Program-made: the position numbers and the translations under genes
Notes under the pieces: generated by a model
What the model saw: only the letters and a program-made list of their open reading frames with translations
Databases searched by the model: none
Told to the model about the DNA's origin: nothing
DNA from: Pseudodesulfovibrio mercurii
GTDB taxonomy: Bacteria > Desulfobacterota > Desulfovibrionia > Desulfovibrionales > Desulfovibrionaceae
Direction of reading: 5' to 3'
DNA: 32,000 nt
Assembly (NCBI RefSeq): GCF_000189295.2
Contig: NC_016803.1
Location: 2,880,001 to 2,912,000, forward strand
Shown here: positions 16,118 through 23,644 of the stretch, one piece after another
How the letters are laid out: each line of letters opens with the position of its first letter
Numbering within the stretch: position 1 is the stretch's first letter

Positions 16118-17125
16118 ATGTCGAGAAACATCACCTGTATGGCATGGCTGCTCCTCGCCTCGTGCGTCCTGGCCGCCGCGCCCGCCCTGGCCGACGAGAA
16201 CGAGGTCTGGTGGGCGTCGGCCCAGGTCGAGGCCGCGCGCGACGACTACCATCTGATCGACGATGACGGTCTGCGGAAACTGCTCGACGACAAGACGGAC
16301 ATGGTCCTGCTCGACGCCCGGGCGGACTACGAGTTCGAGGCCGGGCACATCCCCGGCGCGGTCAATCTGGAGTTCGACCTGGGCGACGACCTGAATCTCT
16401 CCCCGGAAAAGCGCCGGACCCTGGCCTCCCTCGTCGGGCCGGACAAGGACCGGCTGCTGGTCATCTACTGCCGGAGCTTCAGGTGACTGCGCAGCTCCAT
16501 TGCGGCGCGCTGGGCAGCGCGTCTCGGCTACACCCGGATCTACCGGTACCCGGCGGGCTTCCACGGCTGGCGGGAGAGGCACCCCGACCGGATTGAGGGC
16601 AAGCCCGACGCGGTCCATGTCCTGGCCGTGGGCGACGACTTCCCCACCTGCCGGGTGGCGGTGCTCAATGGCGACGAGGACCGGAACTACCTGGAACTGC
16701 CCGAGGGGGCCAGGTTCCTGCAACTGTCCGAGCTCAAGGCGAGCTTCGTGCTCATCCAGCTGTACAACACCCTGTGCAACGACTGCGTGGCCGAGACCAA
16801 GATGCTGACGCGCTTCTTCAAGAAGGTCGAGGCGGACCCGGAGCTGGCCGGGACGCTCAAGATCATCGGCATCGGGGTGTACGACTCCAACCTGGCCGTG
16901 GTCCGCTTCCGCAAGCATTACGACGTGGCCTACCCGCTGTTCTCGGACAAGAGCGGGCAGATCTTCGAGTGCCTGGGCCAGGCCGAGCTGCCCCTGGCCT
17001 ACCTGGTCCGGGCGCGGGGCGACGGCACGTGGCGCATCGAATTGATCAAGCGGGGATACTTCGAGCCGGACGAACAGTTCCTGGACGTGCTCCGCTCGGC
17101 GGTCAGGCTGCCGCCCAGGGACTAG
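16118..17125 (+). CDS. Predicted selenoprotein: secreted rhodanese (C-X4-U loop) fused to a TlpA/ResA-like thioredoxin-fold domain (CNDC). In-frame TGA at 16484-16486 read as Sec123.
   Basis: Track ORFs 15824..16486 and 16628..17125 share one frame and are separated only by that TGA; I translated 16487-16627 and found no other stop. The residues after the TGA (LRSSIAARWAARLGYTRIYRYPAGFHGWRER) complete the rhodanese fold. Signal peptide MSRNITCMAWLLLASCVLAAAPALA. If the TGA is a true stop or a sequencing error, this is a truncated gene or a pseudogene. Confidence 0.62.
16499..16528 (+). promoter_or_regulatory. Candidate bacterial SECIS hairpin downstream of UGA 16484
   Basis: Stem 16504-16511 pairs with 16516-16523 (8 bp including one G-U) and extends by 16500-16502/16525-16527 across one mismatch. 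The apical loop GGGC starts 25 nt after the UGA, which fits the reported bacterial SECIS geometry (G-containing loop about 16-37 nt downstream). Confidence 0.45.
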
Positions 17126-17736
17126 CCCTCGGCCACGACCGGGAGCAGGGCCAGGATCAGGTCCGCCCCGGCCGAAAAGACCGGGTCGGGATCGGCCTGG
17201 GCCAGGGCGTCGCGGAAGCGGCCCACCCACGGGAGCATGACCTCGCCCGCGAACCGGGCCGCCTGGTCGGCGAACTCCGGGTCCCCGGACCAGCCCTCGG
17301 CGCAGAGGTGGAAGAGAAATTCCAGCTCCAGAGTCAGGTGGTCGGGCGGCTCGTTGGAGGGCAGCGAGATTTCGAGCCCGGCCTCGGCCAGGCGGTCGCG
17401 CATGGCCAGGGCGCTCCTGCCCATGGTCCGCCCCTCGGGGCCGTGGCAGGACTCGTACAGCGGGGCCGGGACGCCGCCCGGTCCGGCGATGAACAGGCGG
17501 ACGTACTCCGCCTCCAGCGGCGAGAAGTTTTCGGCCTCGGCATAGGGGGCAAGCGCCTCGTCGAGGGCCGACAGGGGGTCGGCCGGGAAGCCGGGAATTT
17601 CCTGGACACGGTCGAGGAGTTCGGGCACTCCATGGGTGGCCAGTTCGGCCCACGCATGTTCGTCCGGCCCCCGAAATACGGAGACGCAGAGCTCCATCAC
17701 ATTGAGCAGAAAGAGTTTCGAGTGGGAAATGGACAT
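17122..17736 (-). CDS. TorD/DmsD-family redox-enzyme maturation chaperone
   Basis: 204 aa from ATG 17736 (ATG 17697 is an alternative). Family motifs EAEYVRLFIAGPGGVPAPLYES and PPDHLTLELEFLFHL. Convergent with the selenoprotein gene; the two stops share CTAG. Confidence 0.75.
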   Translation of the reverse strand: MSISHSKLFLLNVMELCVSVFRGPDEHAWAELATHGVPELLDRVQEIPGFPADPLSALDEALAPYAEAENFSPLEAEYVRLFIAGPGGVPAPLYESCHGPEGRTMGRSALAMRDRLAEAGLEISLPSNEPPDHLTLELEFLFHLCAEGWSGDPEFADQAARFAGEVMLPWVGRFRDALAQADPDPVFSAGADLILALLPVVAEG

Positions 17737-17766
17737 GACTGGGACCCCCGGATATACTGCGAACGA

Positions 17767-17786
17767 TACCCTACGACAGTACGGTA
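17767..17786. promoter_or_regulatory. Candidate CsoR-family operator in the torD-like / regulator divergent region
   Basis: TACCCTAC-GACA-GTACGGTA, an 8-4-8 inverted repeat with one mismatch. It shares the TACCC/GGTA core with the palindrome at 10609-10627. Confidence 0.35.
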
Positions 17787-17836
17787 AAGAACACGGCAGG
17801 GCAATGGGAACATGGCCTGAGACAAAGGAGAACGAG

Positions 17837-18130
17837 ATGGACGACCACCTGAGCGCCGAGGAACAGGCCCTGAAGAAGAACGTGTTGTCACGCATGAAGC
17901 GCATCGAAGGACAGGTGCGCGGCATCCAGGGCATGATCGAATCCGGCAAGGAGTGCCAGGACATCCTGGTCCAGGTGCGGGCCGTGCGCTCGGCCCTCCA
18001 GTCGGCCAACAAGCTGATCCTCAAGCGCTACCTGCTCAGGTGTTACGCCGAGTCCGTGGAGAGCGGCCAGGACGCCAAGGATTCCCTGGAAAAGTTCATC
18101 TCCGTGGTCACCGGCTTCATCGAAGGCTGA
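17837..18130 (+). CDS. CsoR/RcnR-family (DUF156) repressor with Cys40-Tyr65-Cys69 at the sensing positions (CstR-like, no His ligand)
   Basis: 97 aa from ATG 17837, with RBS AAGGAG at 17825-17830. RIEGQVRGIQGMIESGKECQDIL...LKRYLLRC aligns without gaps to the C36/H61/C65 spacing of M. tuberculosis CsoR (25 and 29 residues). Confidence 0.85.
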   Translation: MDDHLSAEEQALKKNVLSRMKRIEGQVRGIQGMIESGKECQDILVQVRAVRSALQSANKLILKRYLLRCYAESVESGQDAKDSLEKFISVVTGFIEG

Positions 18131-18156
18131 CGTATCGAACAATCTGGAGCAACTGA

Positions 18157-18414
18157 ATGAAAAAACTGTTTCTAGCACTGGCATTCGCCCTGCTTTTCTG
18201 CCAGCCCGTGGCCGCGAAGACCAACTACAACGTCTGCTTCCATTCCCTGGACGCGGACGTGGACGGCCGCATGTCCAAGGGCGAGTTTCTGGTGGCCTTT
18301 TCCGACGGCGACACCTCGGTCTTCGACCAGGCCGACGCCAACCACGACGGCTCGGTGACCCACGAGGAGTGGGAGGCCTACAAGGAAGCCCAGGGCTTCG
18401 AGGACCACGAGTAG
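18157..18414 (+). CDS. Secreted small EF-hand calcium-binding protein
   Basis: 85 aa. Signal peptide MKKLFLALAFALLFCQPVAA. Two EF-hand loops, DADVDGRMSKGEF and DANHDGSVTHEEW. It starts 27 nt after the regulator gene. Confidence 0.72.
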   Translation: MKKLFLALAFALLFCQPVAAKTNYNVCFHSLDADVDGRMSKGEFLVAFSDGDTSVFDQADANHDGSVTHEEWEAYKEAQGFEDHE

Positions 18415-18430
18415 CCGCACCCGCCCGGAA

Positions 18431-18478
18431 TGACGAAGGGGGCGCCGTCCATCAGGACGGCGCCCCCTTCGTCGTTTC
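18431..18478. terminator. Long terminator-like hairpin between the convergent EF-hand and era genes
   Basis: Perfect 18-bp stem ACGAAGGGGGCGCCGTCC (18433-18450) / GGACGGCGCCCCCTTCGT (18455-18472) with loop ATCA. The U-tract is weak. Confidence 0.55.
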
Positions 18479-18495
18479 GGCGTCCCGCGTTCGGG

Positions 18496-19404
<909 letters not shown>

Positions 19405-19413
19405 GCAGTTCCT

Positions 19414-19824
19414 TTACTGGTGTTCTTTGCCGGGCTTGCCGAACCGCTCCTCGGCGATGCGCACCTTCTCGACGATGCGGCGGTAGTAGTCGCCGGAGGT
19501 GTCCAGGGTCACCGGGCGGCGGCGCCGCTCGTTCATCTGCAGAATCATGACGTTCAACTTCTGCACCTGGCGGTACCGCTCCTGCTCGTCGTCCATATGT
19601 TCGAGCAGGTCGATGGCGCAGTTGATCTCCTTCTCCTCCAGGATGTCCGCAGGCAGATGCCCGGAACTCTTGAGGATTCTATAGGCCATGCGCAGGTCCG
19701 GCGGCAGGTTCGCGGCCTCGTCCGGCGCGAGCGGGCGGCCCATGCCTTCGAGGTCCTCGAATTTGCCCTCTTTTTCGGCCTTGCGGATGAGTTCCTCGGC
19801 GATCAGGGCCGTGACGTTGAACAT
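19414..19824 (-). CDS. DUF1992 (DnaJ-C28-like) domain protein
   Basis: AEELIRKAEKEGKFEDLEGMGRPL is the typical DUF1992 N-terminus. It ends 9 nt upstream of era. The start is uncertain (19824 or 19848) and neither has a clear RBS. Confidence 0.68.
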   Translation of the reverse strand: MFNVTALIAEELIRKAEKEGKFEDLEGMGRPLAPDEAANLPPDLRMAYRILKSSGHLPADILEEKEINCAIDLLEHMDDEQERYRQVQKLNVMILQMNERRRRPVTLDTSGDYYRRIVEKVRIAEERFGKPGKEHQ

Positions 19825-19923
19825 GGGGGGGATTTTCCCACACTCCATAGGGGGAAGTCAAAGGGTGGATTGCCCCTGGGGCGGGGCAATCCATCCATGC
19901 GTTCATGGAAAGGGGAAAATGCG

Positions 19924-20135
19924 GAGAGAGCCGCTTTACGGGCTGCGCCCGCTTGCTCCGGGTCGCGCCTTGCGTCGCGCCCAGGAACGCGCCTGCGGCG
20001 CGAGAGCCGGGAGGGAGCTGCGCTCCTCCCTCCGAGAGCCGTCGTGCGGGGCTGCGCCCCACACATTGCTCCATGCCCTCCCGGCGGGGTCCATTTTTTT
20101 GCTGGCCCAAAAAAATAGACGAAAAAAAGGGCCTT
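19924..20135 (+). repeat. Left arm of a modular inverted repeat (B-like module, 28-nt core, T7/A7 hairpin)
   Basis: The core GCGCCTGCGGCGCGAGAGCCGGGAGGGA at 19989-20016 is the exact reverse complement of 20989-21016. Flanking modules (GGAGCAAGCG..., T-run/A-run hairpin 20094-20115) recur in mirrored order in the right arm. Confidence 0.7.
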
Positions 20136-20378
20136 GGGGGGTAGCACGGCCGCCCGGGGAGGGGTCGCAAGAATCCGATCCGCTCGGGGCGGCTCCATCT
20201 GATCAAAGGTATAGAGCGTCTCCCGGAGCGGGATGGTCCCTTTTGGGGGAGACCGCGCTTCGGCGAGACTGGAGCCGCCACCCCTTCGCGGTCGGCTTCT
20301 ACGCGCCCCCTCCAGGGCTGTGACGGTGCGGGGAAGAGGTGCGGGGGGACGCGGCGGGGCGTGCTGGGGTGCGGGACA

Positions 20379-20423
20379 GAGAGCCGCTGTCGGGTGCCGG
20401 GGGCACCCGAATCGCTCCAGGGG
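20379..20423 (+). repeat. Family-B short hairpin repeat, copy B2
   Basis: GAGAGCCGCTGTCGGGTGCCGGGGGCACCCGAATCGCTCCAGGG, with internal stem CGGGTGCC/GGCACCCG. Confidence 0.75.
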
Positions 20424-20864
20424 GTGCGAGTTGGGGGAGTGTGGGCGGGGATGAGGGTTGAAAGTGGGAGTTTGCGTTGGAAGAGCCATGAAAGGGGGAT
20501 GGGATGCGGTGAGCTTTTCTACTTCTCCCTCGACGCGTTTCACCTGAGTTCCAGTGTTGGTTTTTCAGGACCGCCGCCAAGGTGATTCGCCACAATCCCA
20601 CAGTGCAAGCGCAGCCATTCTCCCGCATTGCCACACCCTTGTCGCGCCAGCGCGGCCAACCTTCCCGCACCCCACCTCTTCGTACCCGGCCATTGGCGTT
20701 GGCCCACTCCTCGCAGCCGAAGAGCGGTAATCGGCGGCGGACCCTAGAGCCCGTGTCCGGCGGCGGAAGCGCAGGTTTTATTGCGTCTGCGCAGCAGACT
20801 TTCCATCAAACCAGCGGGAGCCGCCTACGGGCTCTTGGGTCCGTCGGCGCGCGGCAGCACCGCA

Positions 20865-21080
20865 GCGCAGTTTTTGCTTCCTTTTTTCTGCGCCAGTAAA
20901 AAAGGAAGTCGCCGTAAAGGCGAAACACGATGTAGGGATGACACCCCAAAGTCTGGACGCGGATGCGCGGACAAATTCAAGGAGTTACTCCCTCCCGGCT
21001 CTCGCGCCGCAGGCGCATGCTTTGGAGCAAGCGCCGCAGACGCGCCGCTCTTATGCGTCGCGGCCGCCCGCCGCACCCCC
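20865..21080 (-). repeat. Right arm of the modular inverted repeat
   Basis: Contains hairpin CTTCCTTTTTT (20877-20887) / AAAAAAGGAAG (20898-20908), the 28-nt core at 20989-21016, and GGAGCAAGCG...GCCGCTCT. Confidence 0.7.
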
Positions 21081-21151
21081 AAAAAGGTGCGGCGGTCCAT
21101 CCTGGGGGATGTCCGCCGCACCGGGGGTTGGGGAGCTTGTACTGTCTCTGG

Positions 21152-21397
21152 TCAGTCGATGATCGGTCCCGCGTACAGGTAGCGTCCGCTGCATTGCGAG
21201 TCCGCGCACACCGCCGCCCCGATGAGGTAGCGGGCGGCGTCGTCGGCAACGGTTCGCGACATGGGCAGCTCGATGAACCGGCCCATGTACCCGACCTCGA
21301 CCGTGGACGGCGTCTCCGTGATCATGACCTCACCCCGGTCGATCACGGCCATCCCGGCCAGATGCGCCTCAGCCATTCGAATCACTTTGGAACGCAT
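21152..21397 (-). CDS. Small hypothetical protein (81 aa), family not recognised
   Basis: Codon usage and composition look genuine and an AAGGGG RBS lies upstream of ATG 21397. It lies 72 nt downstream of the 3D-domain gene on the same strand. Confidence 0.45.
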   Translation of the reverse strand: MRSKVIRMAEAHLAGMAVIDRGEVMITETPSTVEVGYMGRFIELPMSRTVADDAARYLIGAAVCADSQCSGRYLYAGPIID

Positions 21398-21469
21398 GGC
21401 AGCCCCTTGGTTTGGGGTGCATGGTATAGCATATTCGCTTTTTCGGCAATGCGGGCCGGAATCCGGCCG

Positions 21470-21862
21470 CTAGCGCCAGTAGATGCGCACCTTGCGGCGG
21501 CCGAATTCGCGCGCCGCCTTGACCCGTTTGCCGAAGTAGACGTCGATGCGCCGCCGGTACCGCCGGTTCATCTTGTCCATGACCAGGTAGGGGCCTTCAA
21601 ACCCCTCGATCCAGATCTCCGCCTGGTTGTCCAGGCCGAGCGGGATCAGGTCGCGCGAGACGGCCACGGCCTTCATGCCGGGCTTGAGGCGGTTGTTCCA
21701 GGCGGCGCGGTGCGGGTCGCCGTCGGTCTGGGCGCGGGTGGAGTTGTAGGCCGTGACCGTGACCTCCAGGCTGTTCCATAACACCCGGTTGGGCTGGCTC
21801 ATGCCGTAGCCCAGCAGGGCGAGCAGGGCGGCCGCGAGCAGGAGGATGAGGGCACGCTTCAT
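21470..21862 (-). CDS. 3D-domain (MltA-like / YuiC-like) cell-wall-associated protein
   Basis: 130 aa with a signal/anchor MKRALILLLAAALLALLG. TVTAYN...QTDGDP...AVSRDLIPLG...VMDKMNRRY..IDVYF matches the three-Asp 3D domain. Confidence 0.72.
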   Translation of the reverse strand: MKRALILLLAAALLALLGYGMSQPNRVLWNSLEVTVTAYNSTRAQTDGDPHRAAWNNRLKPGMKAVAVSRDLIPLGLDNQAEIWIEGFEGPYLVMDKMNRRYRRRIDVYFGKRVKAAREFGRRKVRIYWR

Positions 21863-21983
21863 TCATACCCTTGTAACCGGACGCGCGCCAATGGGCAAGC
21901 CGGGGCCAGACCGCCGCGATTCCTCCGGTTCCGTCAAGGTTCCCTTTGCCCGCCCCGATATCCCTGTGTTAGGGTCACGAGCA

Positions 21984-22784
21984 ATGAATCCCGTCCACCG
22001 CCACAGCCGGACCCTCCGCCGGGCCGCGACCGGCCGTATCCCGCTCGCCGCGCTCCTGGCCGCGTGCCTCGGCCTGTGTCTGCTCTGGGCGACGCCGGGT
22101 CCGGCCCGTGGGCCCTACCGCATAGGTTACGCGCCGGGCGCGCACATCCACGTGGAGGCCATGGAACGGCTCAAGGCGGTCTACGGGCGGGCCGGGCTGC
22201 CTGTGGAGTTCGTGCCCCTGCCCCAGAAGCGCTCCCTGGTCCAGGCCGTGGACGGGGTCATCGACGGCGACGCCGGGCGCATTCCGGACCTGGATGTGCA
22301 ATATCCCTCCCTGATCCGGGTGGACGTCAAGCTCCTGGACCTGAACGGGGCGGCCTACGTGGTCGGGAGGCAGCGGCTCGGGGACTACCGGCCGGAGCTG
22401 CTCGACGTCCTGCGCGTGGGCGCGGTGCGCGGGGTCCTCTGGGCCGAGAGGGTCATGGCCGGGCGTCGCCTGGAACAGGTCAACAATTACGAGACCCTGT
22501 TCGGCATGCTTCTGGAGGGGCGCATCGACATGGCCCTGGCCAGCAGGAGCAGCGCCGAGGTCGTCTTCAACGGCGATCGGGCGCGCTACGCCCGCATCCG
22601 CCGCCTGGACCCGGTCGTGTACCAGGTGCCGTTCTACCATTACGTGAACATGAAGAACGCGGACATCGTGCCGCTTCTCGAAAAGGCCCTCCGGGAACTG
22701 CGCGGCCGGGACTACTGGCACGACGGCGCTGCGCCGGACGGCCCGGCCCTGTCCGGGGACGCCGGTCAGCGGGCCAGGCAGTAG
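21984..22784 (+). CDS. Periplasmic solute-binding protein, family 3-like (orphan)
   Basis: 266 aa from ATG 21984, with an N-terminal hydrophobic signal. The overall pattern (RIGYAP..., VDGVIDGDAGR, RIDMALAS) fits SBP_bac_3. No adjacent permease or ATPase. Confidence 0.65.
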   Translation: MNPVHRHSRTLRRAATGRIPLAALLAACLGLCLLWATPGPARGPYRIGYAPGAHIHVEAMERLKAVYGRAGLPVEFVPLPQKRSLVQAVDGVIDGDAGRIPDLDVQYPSLIRVDVKLLDLNGAAYVVGRQRLGDYRPELLDVLRVGAVRGVLWAERVMAGRRLEQVNNYETLFGMLLEGRIDMALASRSSAEVVFNGDRARYARIRRLDPVVYQVPFYHYVNMKNADIVPLLEKALRELRGRDYWHDGAAPDGPALSGDAGQRARQ

Positions 22785-23482
22785 TCGGCGAACCGCTTGA
22801 GCAGGGAGGCGGAGTCCGGGGTGTCGCGCACCGTGGCCCGGATGGCGGCCGCGTCCCGGCCCGACGCCGTCAGGTCCGGCTCGCGCCGGGCGATGTATTC
22901 AAGGATGGCCGGGGCGTCGAACTCAGGATGGAACTGCACGCCCCAGGCGTTTTCGCCCACGCGGAAGGCCTGGTGCGGATCGTGGCTGCCCGTGGCCAGG
23001 AGCACGGCCCCCTCGGGCAGGCGCAACGCGGTCTGGGCGTGGGTCACGTGGCCCGGAAAGACCTCGGGCAGGTCGCGGAACAGCGGGTCTTCGCTCGATG
23101 CGCGGGTGCGGGTGATGTCCGCCGTGCCGATCTCCAGCCCGGCCGGATGGTAGTCGGCCCGGCCGCCCAGGGCATCGGCCATGAGCTGGTGGCCGAAGCA
23201 GATGCCGAACAGGGGCAGCCCGGCCTCCACGGCCCGGCGTACCCAGGCCGAGGTCTCCGCGATCCAGGGCAGGGCGTCCGTGACCATGTCGTGGGACCCG
23301 GTGATGACCGCGCCCGCGAACTCCGTGGGATCGGGCAGGGGTTCCCCGGCCTGCGCGTTGACGCTCGTCCAGCCGTGCTCGGCCAGCCCCATTCCGGCGG
23401 CGGCCCAGTCCTCGAAATCGCCGCGTTCGGCAGCGTAGTCGGCAAAGGTGCCGCCCGCCTTCACGATCAGTATCTTTTCCAT
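22766..23482 (-). CDS. Class-I glutamine amidotransferase (GuaA N-terminal-like)
   Basis: 238 aa. Catalytic GICFGHQ and the HPE triad element (VQFHPEF). Confidence 0.85.
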   Translation of the reverse strand: MEKILIVKAGGTFADYAAERGDFEDWAAAGMGLAEHGWTSVNAQAGEPLPDPTEFAGAVITGSHDMVTDALPWIAETSAWVRRAVEAGLPLFGICFGHQLMADALGGRADYHPAGLEIGTADITRTRASSEDPLFRDLPEVFPGHVTHAQTALRLPEGAVLLATGSHDPHQAFRVGENAWGVQFHPEFDAPAILEYIARREPDLTASGRDAAAIRATVRDTPDSASLLKRFADYCLAR

Positions 23483-23644
23483 TTTTGTCCCACGAAAATG
23501 TAGTTAAATTGCGATGCTAAGGGGATGATGGCCCATGCCGCAGGGGGTGTCAACACCGTCCGGTGGGCATCCCGGATCACCCCCTTGGGGTTGAATCGGG
23601 ACGCGGGTTTGCGGTACAAGAGGGACAACCGGAGGGAGACGACC

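Noticed and set aside
16484-16486. Reading the TGA as a genuine stop giving two separate genes (a 122-aa rhodanese fragment plus a GTG-initiated redoxin), or as a pseudogene
   Set aside because: Not excluded, but less likely. The truncated product would lack essential rhodanese secondary structure, and 141 nt of intact, homologous in-frame sequence follows. There is a Cys/TGA correspondence and a downstream hairpin. The redoxin part has no RBS or signal peptide of its own even though its fold type is normally extracytoplasmic. I kept this as the alternative hypothesis in the finding.
19849-21151. Housekeeping RNA genes (tmRNA, RNase P RNA, SRP RNA, 6S RNA) hidden in the large spacer
   Set aside because: I looked for hallmark strings: a GAGGAAAGTCCGGGC-like P4 region, a tmRNA tag ORF with a tRNA-like 3' end ending CCA, and the SRP GGAAGCAGCC motif. 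None was found on either strand.
19688-21781. Track ORFs inside the 1.3-kb spacer: 19688..20323(+), 19803..20543(-), 20299..20670(-), 20781..21182(+), 20963..21781(+)
   Set aside because: They overlap one another, are Pro/Arg/Gly/Ser-rich, have no RBS or recognisable domains, and run through repeat modules. 20963..21781 is also antisense to the 3D-domain gene. I consider the region non-coding.
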